Of a stretch of 64,000 bases of DNA, positions 42,156-50,930 are shown one piece after another (positions within the stretch are counted from its first letter, which is position 1; the number at the start of each line of letters is the position of its first letter). Made by a program: the position numbers and the translations under genes. Below the pieces are notes generated by a model that made no database searches, was not told where the DNA came from, and saw nothing but the letters and a program-made list of their open reading frames with translations. Source of the stretch: a virus. Lineage: Duplodnaviria; Heunggongvirae; Uroviricota; Caudoviricetes. The stretch is taken from the IMG/VR virus record IMGVR_UViG_2529292922_000010. One strand, given 5' to 3'.

Positions 42156-42737
42156 ATGGCACCTATTCCTTATGGGGTTTACAGCCAGGCTGACGGTGTA
42201 TCGCCATATCTGAAAGTTACTTTAACGAACTCTCAGTACCAGGTTACCGGATATATCAGCCAGGGAGCGGCAATGAACATGGCCCAGAATTGGGAAGCGC
42301 CGTTTACCGGTATGTCCATGGGATCTGTTGCTGGTGCCTTCAGTGGTTTTGCGCAGGTTGGTACTGAAACAACGTCGGTTGCCCGTTGGAACAGCTTAAT
42401 GGTTTGGGAAGGGGGAACACCGCCGACTTTCACGCTGCCAGTAACTTTCATCGCTTTGTTTGACCCATTCACGGAGGTTTCAGGAGCTATCGCCGCATTG
42501 TCAGCGATGATTAGCCCGGAACTTAAAGATGCCAGTATTGGTGGTCGAATCCCGGAGCGTGTGACGCTAAACATTGGTCGCCGGATCAACATCATTGATG
42601 TCGCTATCCAGGACATAAGTTTCGATCTCGATGCGCCCAGGGACAGCAATGGGCATTTCCTGAAAAACACCGTCAACCTCCAGTTGACCGGTTCTTCGAT
42701 ATATAACAGCTCCGATATTGTTCGGGCGTTCCAGTAA
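42156..42737 (+). CDS. Putative tail-tube-size structural protein, 193 aa
   Basis: ORF in structural operon. Confidence 0.45.
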   Translation: MAPIPYGVYSQADGVSPYLKVTLTNSQYQVTGYISQGAAMNMAQNWEAPFTGMSMGSVAGAFSGFAQVGTETTSVARWNSLMVWEGGTPPTFTLPVTFIALFDPFTEVSGAIAALSAMISPELKDASIGGRIPERVTLNIGRRINIIDVAIQDISFDLDAPRDSNGHFLKNTVNLQLTGSSIYNSSDIVRAFQ

Positions 42738-42748
42738 AAGGATTTTAT

Positions 42749-43258
42749 ATGGGGCACAATAACACTAAGGGAAACCGTAAATTTATTAAGGGCCGCTATA
42801 CTGCCAACGCGGCCAAAGGCGAACGACTGGTATCTTCTGAATTCCAGCTCACTTTTGCAGGCCATGAAGATATCAGCGTACTGGTTCGCACGTCGCAAAT
42901 TCCTGAAATGACCCGCGAGGATGTGGAGGACTATGGTCCGAATGGTGTGAAGTTCAACCAGCACGGTCCAATTCGAAACTCTGGGGAAATCCAGGTCCAG
43001 TGCGTGGAGACTATCGAAGGCGATATTCTTCAGTTCATTAAAGATCGCATTGCGGCGAAGGACTATGTTGATATCACGATGGCTGCTACCCCTGAATCCA
43101 AATCTTCCGGGGTTAACGCTGTGACAAAAGCTGCTACAACAATTGAAATGTTGGACTGCAAAATCTACAGTGATGCAATCGACTTTAGTACCGAAGATGT
43201 GACTGCCGCTGTGCGCCCGTCACTTCGTATCGTCTACAACTGGATTGAGTGGGATTAA
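42749..43258 (+). CDS. Putative structural protein, 169 aa
   Basis: RBS AAAGGA; terminator follows. Confidence 0.45.
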   Translation: MGHNNTKGNRKFIKGRYTANAAKGERLVSSEFQLTFAGHEDISVLVRTSQIPEMTREDVEDYGPNGVKFNQHGPIRNSGEIQVQCVETIEGDILQFIKDRIAAKDYVDITMAATPESKSSGVNAVTKAATTIEMLDCKIYSDAIDFSTEDVTAAVRPSLRIVYNWIEWD

Positions 43259-43277
43259 GAGTCATCCCTTGTATTTT

Positions 43278-43304
43278 AAAGCTCCTTCGGGAGCTTTTTT
43301 ATTT
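43278..43304 (+). terminator. Rho-independent terminator
   Basis: AAAGCTCC-TTCG-GGAGCTTT then T-run. Confidence 0.7.
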
Positions 43305-43374
43305 GGAGAGGAAAGGGTGCATTGAGGATACCTGACACACGAAGAGTGGCGAGGATCTCTCCCCGCCAGGTCTC

Positions 43375-43530
43375 TTACCTTTCAGATTCGTAGGCTGTGA
43401 AGACAGTGACCTCCGTCTGGCCGGTTCGGATTCGTACCTCGCAGAGGTCTTTCCTCGTTACCAGTGCCGTCACAATGACGGTTAAACAGATGACGATCAG
43501 AGCGATTAACATCGCTTTTTGCTGCTTCAT
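43375..43530 (-). CDS. hok: Hok/Gef-family type I toxin
   Basis: 51 aa MKQQKAMLIALIVICLTVIVTALVTRKDLCEVRIRTGQTEVTVFTAYESER; AAGGAG RBS; overlapping mok-like frame 43382..43588. Confidence 0.85.
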   Translation of the reverse strand: MKQQKAMLIALIVICLTVIVTALVTRKDLCEVRIRTGQTEVTVFTAYESER

Positions 43531-43711
43531 AGCCTGCTTCTCCTTGACCTTTTGGTCGGTAAGAGGCTAATCTACGTATGCTAAGCATAGATGTGGCCTC
43601 AGATTAATGTTAAGCGTCTTGCAGGACGCGTAATGTTATCTGGGGCTTTCTTCTATCTGCTTTTCGGGTAATGCCTGAAGCAGATAGCCTCAAGCACCCG
43701 CAACGATTGTA

Positions 43712-43957
43712 TCAATGTCTGGCTTTTTTTCTATAGAAATCACCTGGAAGGGTGAATATCCACATCAGAAGAAATGTTGCAGCAAACATGATCCCTAATG
43801 GCCAGACCGCGCCAAAGAAAATCCATACTAAGATCTCCTCTGCTTGTTCTTTGCGGTCGATATCGACAAGCATTTTTCGGCTGATCATGTATACACAGAA
43901 GCCAATACAAACATATCCTGCAAAAGCGATCGCTAACTGTAAAAAATCAGATTGCAT
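43712..43957 (-). CDS. Small two-TM membrane protein, 81 aa
   Basis: ATG 43957 with GAGG RBS; track ORF starts at 44011. Confidence 0.4.
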   Translation of the reverse strand: MQSDFLQLAIAFAGYVCIGFCVYMISRKMLVDIDRKEQAEEILVWIFFGAVWPLGIMFAATFLLMWIFTLPGDFYRKKARH

Positions 43958-43987
43958 CTCCGACCTCAAACTGAAAACGCCAGGTGA

Positions 43988-44004
43988 CTCCAGATTAGAG
44001 CAAT
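43988..44004 (-). promoter_or_regulatory. Partial C1-operator-like site
   Basis: Minus strand ATTGCTCTAATCTGGAG; first 11 of 17 positions match. Confidence 0.3.
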
Positions 44005-44007
44005 CTA

Positions 44008-44853
44008 TCACCCTCTAAATCCTGCCGGTATACCCCATTGTTCGTTATCTTTATTTTTGGCTAAAACCGCATTAAGAGCTTCGTTTACCGTCATGCAATG
44101 CGGCAAATTATCGAAGTTTGATACCCCGCCAATATCAGGAGAACGCTTGTTCTTCAGGTAAGCATATTTCCGCGCTGCCGCCTCTACTTTCTGCTTGAAC
44201 TCATGTTTTTGAGCGCGTTTTTTGGATAACCGCAGATTGTCAGCCTTTGCTTTTGCCTCGGCGATCCATGAAGTCAGTTTTTTGAGGCTGGTCGTTTCGG
44301 CACCGCCGGAAACTGATCTTTTTGTTTTTTTAATTTGTGACTTCTTATTCTTTATTGCCACGTCATCCTGACAGGGGGAGGGGGTATCATTTTGACATGG
44401 GGGTGTGGATAAAAAATTAAATAAAGCCAATGTCTTAGCGAGAACAGCTTTAACCTTGGTTGCCGCTGAAGAGATCTTTAATTTGCTTTCAATCAGCGCA
44501 TTTTTGGCTTGTTGTGCGAAGGCCAAAAAGGATGGTGTAAACCGGTACAGGTTAGCGCGACGTTCACGGTGATCGCCGATAACAATCTCTACAGACAGGA
44601 TTCCTTTGTTTACAGCTTCACGGAATGCACGAACGACGGTTGATTGGCTATAACCAGTTTCTGCCGCGATCAGGCGGTGAGGCTTGTGAATGAAGTATTC
44701 ACTGGTTGTTGCCGCGAGATTTGCACATTGCGACAGGATATGCCCGGCGCTACGGGATAGACCGGAGTGTGTTACAAAGCAGGCCAATTCATAGCCAGAA
44801 AAAGTAAAATCGCTCATCGTTATACAGCTCAGGAAAGTGACTTTAGCCAGCAT
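44008..44853 (-). CDS. repL: RepL-like lytic replication protein
   Basis: 281 aa; last gene of the kilA operon as in P1; HTH-like N-terminal region; start uncertain. Confidence 0.55.
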   Translation of the reverse strand: MLAKVTFLSCITMSDFTFSGYELACFVTHSGLSRSAGHILSQCANLAATTSEYFIHKPHRLIAAETGYSQSTVVRAFREAVNKGILSVEIVIGDHRERRANLYRFTPSFLAFAQQAKNALIESKLKISSAATKVKAVLAKTLALFNFLSTPPCQNDTPSPCQDDVAIKNKKSQIKKTKRSVSGGAETTSLKKLTSWIAEAKAKADNLRLSKKRAQKHEFKQKVEAAARKYAYLKNKRSPDIGGVSNFDNLPHCMTVNEALNAVLAKNKDNEQWGIPAGFRG

Positions 44854-44882
44854 TACAATGCTGGTGGTTCTTACTACGTCTG

Positions 44883-45683
44883 TTAGCGCGTTGCCGCGAC
44901 AGGTACCAGCACACCAGCATCAAGCAATCGCTTCATCAGCCACTGCTGACCTTTGCCGGTTATACGAGTCGTGAAAGAAATCCTGCTTCCATTGCTTGTA
45001 TCGATCACGGTTTCTTTAAGGGTGAAATACCCACGGGATATGTATTCTTGTTTGGGGACGTTCCTGCGTTCACCGGTTGCGATCAGAATTCCGTTATCAC
45101 GCAACCAGGTGAAGAGATAGTTTTGGCCCAGGCCGAGCACTTTGGCATAGTTGCCGATTAGAACCCCGCTGGCGGTAGCAACGCGTTCGGCGAATTCGAC
45201 TTTAGGTGCATCCATAAGCATTTTTTGCTCCAGCCGTTGCTTTTGCTCTGCCAGGTCGGCAGCCAAACGGAGAGCTTCAGGGAGACTCTGCGGAATAGCA
45301 GGTTGTAATCTTCCGGCTCGATAGTCGATAAATGTCTGGTTTACCTTCAGCCGAAACGCGGGAGAAATCCAGCCTGCGTACTCCACAGCGAGCAATTCAT
45401 GGGCAAAAGTGCCGCCGCCACGGCCTTCGAACGAAACTATGCAATTCTGCATAGTTTCTTTTTCAAGCTCTTCGATGAGCTGTTTTGCTGACAGCGTTCT
45501 TAGCCATTGAGCTGGCGCTTTATGGGCACCGAGTCCGCTCGCTCTGTGTAGAGCATTAAGGTTGTAACGGCCAGCGCGGTCGGTCGTAATTTCAACACCA
45601 CAAATAACGGGCAGAGTGGTTGAAGGATCGACATTTTGATGAAGGTTTGATATATTCATATCCGCATTGAATGTTTGTTGCAT
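44883..45683 (-). CDS. kilA: KilA (KilA-N domain protein)
   Basis: 266 aa; KilA-N-type N-terminus; C-terminal domain near-duplicate of ant C-terminus. Confidence 0.75.
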   Translation of the reverse strand: MQQTFNADMNISNLHQNVDPSTTLPVICGVEITTDRAGRYNLNALHRASGLGAHKAPAQWLRTLSAKQLIEELEKETMQNCIVSFEGRGGGTFAHELLAVEYAGWISPAFRLKVNQTFIDYRAGRLQPAIPQSLPEALRLAADLAEQKQRLEQKMLMDAPKVEFAERVATASGVLIGNYAKVLGLGQNYLFTWLRDNGILIATGERRNVPKQEYISRGYFTLKETVIDTSNGSRISFTTRITGKGQQWLMKRLLDAGVLVPVAATR

Positions 45684-45752
45684 TTTTTCTCCAAATTTGC
45701 ATCAACCTTCAATCACCAGCTCGAAATGGTGATTCTTTGCACTTAGAAAACG

Positions 45753-45769
45753 AAATTTATTAGAGCAAA
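45753..45769 (-). promoter_or_regulatory. C1-repressor operator-like site upstream of kilA-repL
   Basis: Minus strand TTTGCTCTAATAAATTT (16/17). Confidence 0.6.
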
Positions 45770-45847
45770 TTTTTCTGACTCGATCCAGATCGGGTTGGAC
45801 GATCTGCTCAGAAACCTGCCAGTTTGCTGGCAGGTTTTTTTCTTTTG

Positions 45848-46885
45848 TTAACCTATTGCTACTGGTTTTAACAAACCAGCATCAAGTAGCTTGCGAGTTA
45901 ACCACTGCTGGCCTTTACCCGTTAATTGGGGCGTCAGCCGTATCTGGTAGCCATTTTCATCATCCAGCACCACTTCTTTCACCGTGAAATACCCGGCGTT
46001 GATGTACTGTTGGCGCGGTACGTTTTTGCGCGCACCAAAAGCCATGAGAATGCCGTTCTGGCGCAACCATGAGAAAAGGGCGTTTTGCTTAAGTCCAACG
46101 ACCTTTGCAAAGTTCCCGATCAGGATTCCATTAGCCACTGATACCCGGTCGGCAAAATCGACTTTAGGGGCTGCGGCCACCAGCTGTTGTTCCAGCTGCA
46201 TTTTCTGTTCTGCCAACTCGGCAGCCAGGCGTAGAGCTTCTGGTAATGTTTGGGGGATCGATGGGGCAGGGGAGTTTGTCTGCTGCAATTCTTCCAGTTT
46301 GTCGATCAGCGAACGGCGGACCGCTTTTGACTCGCGCGCGGCGACTCGCAGGGCTTGTTTGAAAGTCATGGTTATGACAAGCATTGATGTTTTGTTCATT
46401 TTTTCCACTACACTTTTTGTGTAGTGCTCACCATCAAGCTCATCGAGTATTTTTTCGATGAATTTGTTGTTCCGAACCTCTGGTTCCCCACATAACTTAC
46501 GCGCTTCATTGACCATCTTTAACAGTGTCAGGCTGTCGATTGTGTCTCCGGTGTTGGAGATAACATTCACTGCTGGTGATGGCGTAGCTGAAGCAACAGG
46601 TGCTGGTTTTTCAACATTCAAATTATTACCGGTCATTCTGCGCGCCTCCTTTCTCATTTCTGCTGCCACTGTTGCGTAACGTAGACGTCCTTGTTCAATC
46701 AAATAATCCCTGATCTCGGCTATCAGTAGCCTGTTGATCACAGCCTTATCTGTTCGGGTATAAAAACGTCTGGTTATCATGAAATAGTTGGCAATTGCGC
46801 CGGGGATCTCCCGTGTCGGCATACAGGTTGTATGCAAAGCGATCGCTTCGGCTATTTCATTACGGGTGACGAGAGGTGTTTTCAT
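45848..46885 (-). CDS. ant: Antirepressor with KilA-C/Bro-C-like C-terminal domain
   Basis: 345 aa; C-terminal ~130 aa parallels KilA (ALRLAAELAEQK...GKGQQWL). Confidence 0.75.
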   Translation of the reverse strand: MKTPLVTRNEIAEAIALHTTCMPTREIPGAIANYFMITRRFYTRTDKAVINRLLIAEIRDYLIEQGRLRYATVAAEMRKEARRMTGNNLNVEKPAPVASATPSPAVNVISNTGDTIDSLTLLKMVNEARKLCGEPEVRNNKFIEKILDELDGEHYTKSVVEKMNKTSMLVITMTFKQALRVAARESKAVRRSLIDKLEELQQTNSPAPSIPQTLPEALRLAAELAEQKMQLEQQLVAAAPKVDFADRVSVANGILIGNFAKVVGLKQNALFSWLRQNGILMAFGARKNVPRQQYINAGYFTVKEVVLDDENGYQIRLTPQLTGKGQQWLTRKLLDAGLLKPVAIG

Positions 46886-47103
46886 AAACCCCCCTGAACG
46901 TTGGCAGAGAAGGGGAGGCTCCAGTAACTAAGTGAATTGCGCGAGTCAGTTGAAAAACGGGCAGTAAAAATGCAGGGGCCATCAGGCAATTGAGAGCGTG
47001 CTTCGTCTTCAGTTGCTGCGATAACGAAGTGATAGTGGTGTTTTTTACAGGAATAGAAACGCCAGATGAATTCTGGGCGTGCGCAAGGATTGGCATTAAC
47101 CAT
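46882..47103 (-). CDS. icd: Icd-like small protein of immI operon
   Basis: 73 aa; stop overlaps ant start. Confidence 0.5.
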   Translation of the reverse strand: MVNANPCARPEFIWRFYSCKKHHYHFVIAATEDEARSQLPDGPCIFTARFSTDSRNSLSYWSLPFSANVQGGL

Positions 47104-47417
47104 AGTTACGGCCTCACAATCAGGTTTAACAACCTGCTACCCGCTGCTAAACAGGTGGCAGGACGTGACGGGGTTAGCAGACTGGCGATTGTGAAACCAG
47201 CAGGCCGAAGCCTCCCCATCACGCCCCACCATAATTTGGGCGTAACGCGGTTTTACGGACACAAAAATACCGCAATATCGGATATCTGCGGCTGTCCGCA
47301 CAATCATTCAGGCTGCTAAACCCGGTCGCAGAATTTGCTACGACGGCGGAACTATAAGCCTGAACGATTAAAAGGTCAATATGATGCGAAAAGATAGCAT
47401 TCGCGACTTAAAAATAC

Positions 47418-47434
47418 AAATCTATTAGAGCATT
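47418..47434 (-). promoter_or_regulatory. C1-repressor operator-like site at head of immI region
   Basis: Minus strand AATGCTCTAATAGATTT (15/17). Confidence 0.5.
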
Positions 47435-47530
47435 ATCTGATTAGTAAATACACAACTGGATCTAATAACCTCTTTTTTTTAAAGGCGAAAATATGTACCC
47501 TAAATGAGTTATAAGGCAGGTGAGGTTATA

Positions 47531-48178
47531 ATGAGAAAACTATTACTACCGTTATTATTTATGGCTGGGACTGTTAATGCAGCATCAAGCGTAAAGGAGA
47601 TTTGTACCGATTATACGAAATACCTTGGGCACGTTTACGGCTTTGCTGTCAGTCAAGACGAATCCATGCGCAAGAAGTTACTGTCAGATATGAAACGCCT
47701 TAAACTTTCTGAAGCGATGGTGCAGCAAGAACTGTATAAAGTCGCAACCAACGAAAATGCTAAATATCAATATTCTCGCCTGTTAAATCCCGACGCAAAC
47801 GAGATCAATCGAAGCTCTTTCGATTATATGGTAAAGGCATGCGAAACCGCTCCTGATTTTGCTATTCCTAGCTGGGGTGTGCTGGTGGCGAGCAATGCCG
47901 TTAATAAAGAAGACGTTGGAAGAAATGGCATTGATTCAATCAGAAACTCACCGGGAATGCGCCATCAAAACGTTCAGGGTACGCTTGAAGAACGGGCCAG
48001 GGGGCCGGGTACAAACTCCCCAATGGGAAACCTCTCCCCGGAGGAATTGCAAGAGTATAACCAACGGATGGAGCAGTATGAGAAAGCTGCACGCGAAAAA
48101 ATGGAACAACAAAAAAACGGATCTCTTAATACTTTCCAGCAAGGTTTAAAAGCGCTTAATTTACCCTATGAATGGTGA
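47531..48178 (+). CDS. Secreted protein, 215 aa
   Basis: ATG 47531 with GGTGAGG RBS; signal peptide MRKLLLPLLFMAGTVNA; shares a motif with Sit. Confidence 0.5.
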   Translation: MRKLLLPLLFMAGTVNAASSVKEICTDYTKYLGHVYGFAVSQDESMRKKLLSDMKRLKLSEAMVQQELYKVATNENAKYQYSRLLNPDANEINRSSFDYMVKACETAPDFAIPSWGVLVASNAVNKEDVGRNGIDSIRNSPGMRHQNVQGTLEERARGPGTNSPMGNLSPEELQEYNQRMEQYEKAAREKMEQQKNGSLNTFQQGLKALNLPYEW

Positions 48179-48229
48179 ATATATGGTGGTTAACTAATTA
48201 AAATATTAATATCCAAAGGAGATAAATTA

Positions 48230-48706
48230 ATGCGCATCAAACGATTTTTACTAGTTATTGCTTTGCTTACTCCGTTTTCATCAATGGCAAATGTAAGCAA
48301 ATGGTCAACCGGCGAGACTCATGGTGTTCGTTCTTATGCTGTTTCCAGCAAAGATAATTATACGCTTACATTTGAGTGCGATGTTGGATTTAATAATACG
48401 GATCCCAATCAAGTAGGAACACGACTACTCACTCTCATGAAAACAGAACCTGGCGGTGAGTCATTTGATGCTAAAAAAGAACAAATAACGCTGAAAGTTG
48501 GTGATGATGAATATCCTATCAGTTCTATCGGTTCCTCTGTGGGTGATAGTTACTGGTATGGTTTTTGGTCAGATACCCCTGATATGGAAGTTAAAACATT
48601 CGATGCATACGTAGACGGAAAAAAAATCGCAACATTTACGCTACGTAAGGCCGCAGAGCTTTTCAACGCGGCACCTGAAGATGGCTGCCTGAAGCGCGCA
48701 AAATGA
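48230..48706 (+). CDS. Secreted protein, 158 aa
   Basis: Signal peptide MRIKRFLLVIALLTPFSSMA; AAGGAG RBS. Confidence 0.5.
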   Translation: MRIKRFLLVIALLTPFSSMANVSKWSTGETHGVRSYAVSSKDNYTLTFECDVGFNNTDPNQVGTRLLTLMKTEPGGESFDAKKEQITLKVGDDEYPISSIGSSVGDSYWYGFWSDTPDMEVKTFDAYVDGKKIATFTLRKAAELFNAAPEDGCLKRAK

Positions 48707-48740
48707 CCTGTCACAAATGACTACTCGTAGAATCGGTTAA

Positions 48741-49331
<591 letters not shown>

Positions 49332-49341
49332 GGGGGCTGAT

Positions 49342-49953
49342 ATGGGGCTTAATGTTGCTTCAGTAAAGTCTTATGTATCTTCGGCATTAACGACGACATT
49401 ATTTGGCTCCGGCGTTGGTGAGCGGGAAGTTGGTAAGCTGACGTCAATCATCATGAACAAAATGCTGTTCGCGCAAGGATGGCAGTTCTCTGTCGAAGTT
49501 GATGGTCTGGAGGGGGCAGACTTCTTTGCTAAAGACATTACCTACCACGATTACAGCATCGAATATGAAACGATTAAAATCGGCGGAGGGAATATCCTTC
49601 AGCCAACGGAGCGTTCGCCTGGGCAGATAACAATGATGGTCAGGGATACCGTTGATGGCCTCGTTTTGGACTGGTTTAAGACGGCAAAAGGTCGGGTGAT
49701 CAATCCGGACGGTACCGGGAATATACCGTCTAAATATTTGCTCAATGTGCGTATTTATCGGTTGCTGTCCTCCGGTTTAACCAAACTGGAAAATGAGATG
49801 ACGGTATTCCCGGTCACTACCGGCGATGTCACCTATGCGCGGGATCAGGTTACGGAATTTAAGTCATTCCCAATGACCTTCGCATTGCACAGCACGTTTA
49901 ACCAATCCTCAAGTTCTTTAGCTTCCCTTCTGGGCTTTAGTTTTTCTCTTTGA
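49342..49953 (+). CDS. Hypothetical late protein, 203 aa
   Basis: ORF in late operon. Confidence 0.5.
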   Translation: MGLNVASVKSYVSSALTTTLFGSGVGEREVGKLTSIIMNKMLFAQGWQFSVEVDGLEGADFFAKDITYHDYSIEYETIKIGGGNILQPTERSPGQITMMVRDTVDGLVLDWFKTAKGRVINPDGTGNIPSKYLLNVRIYRLLSSGLTKLENEMTVFPVTTGDVTYARDQVTEFKSFPMTFALHSTFNQSSSSLASLLGFSFSL

Positions 49954-49967
49954 ATTAAGGAGCAAGG

Positions 49968-50849
49968 ATGCTTTTACCTCTTTTCCCGCTACCATCGCGG
50001 CCAACTGAATTGATCCAGTTCCGTCAGCCAAATATTGCTGATGCGATGCGTTTCAACTCGATAACACCGGAGGAACAAGAACAACAGACAACGGCGTATT
50101 TAAAAGCCTTGCTGGCTGAACCCGCGAAATATGATCCCCTGACATGGACGGCGCAGGACCGGATTACCGCGTTATGGTGGATATTTACTGGCTCCCGTGA
50201 AACACCGGTCGAGACATTCACCTACACCTGTAAACATTGCGGTAAAGAGCATTATTACGATTGCGATATGAATGCTCTGGCTGAAGATATCCAGGTCCTG
50301 GAAGTGGAACCGTTCATTGACGATATTGAGGTGTCTGTAGAGGGCGTGCCTTATCAATGGCGTATCGTGCCGCTTGATGGTTGGGCAATGGAAATGCTGG
50401 AGATGCGCCGTGCAGCATTGCCACCTGAAGACGACGCGGAATTCAAAGAAGCGATCGTTGATTTGCGTTTTTGGGAATTCGCTTATCAGTGTGAACTTTA
50501 TAACGATGTTAGCGGTACTCGTGAAGAGCAGGCTGAGCGTCGTTATGAAACGATCAAACGGATGGCCATTGATACTGAATTTATGAAGCTGGCGGCACAC
50601 ATCCGGCTGGCTCATGAAAAGCTCGAACATGGTTTACCGTGCTACATCGATAAAGGCGAAATGCGTCTTCGTCTCCCGCCGCACAAATGCCCAAACCAGG
50701 ATACAAAGGAGTCCACAGAGGGTGCGTATACCCGTCTGTGGGTGCCCTTTCGGGCTACCGACTTCATTCCACAGGTGGGGATTGAAAAGCTATCAGACCT
50801 TAGTGTCCAACCTGGTTTTGTATGGGGGTATACCGATTCAGGACGCTGA
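49968..50849 (+). CDS. Hypothetical late protein with CxxC pairs, 293 aa
   Basis: AAGGAG RBS; CKHCGK...CDM; immediately upstream of sit. Confidence 0.5.
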   Translation: MLLPLFPLPSRPTELIQFRQPNIADAMRFNSITPEEQEQQTTAYLKALLAEPAKYDPLTWTAQDRITALWWIFTGSRETPVETFTYTCKHCGKEHYYDCDMNALAEDIQVLEVEPFIDDIEVSVEGVPYQWRIVPLDGWAMEMLEMRRAALPPEDDAEFKEAIVDLRFWEFAYQCELYNDVSGTREEQAERRYETIKRMAIDTEFMKLAAHIRLAHEKLEHGLPCYIDKGEMRLRLPPHKCPNQDTKESTEGAYTRLWVPFRATDFIPQVGIEKLSDLSVQPGFVWGYTDSGR

Positions 50850-50930
50850 AAGGCTCACTGAATCCTATGCGTTTTTCCTGTTGGAGAAACTGGAAGAAAA
50901 ACTTAAACCGAAGCGGTAGGCGATAAGATC

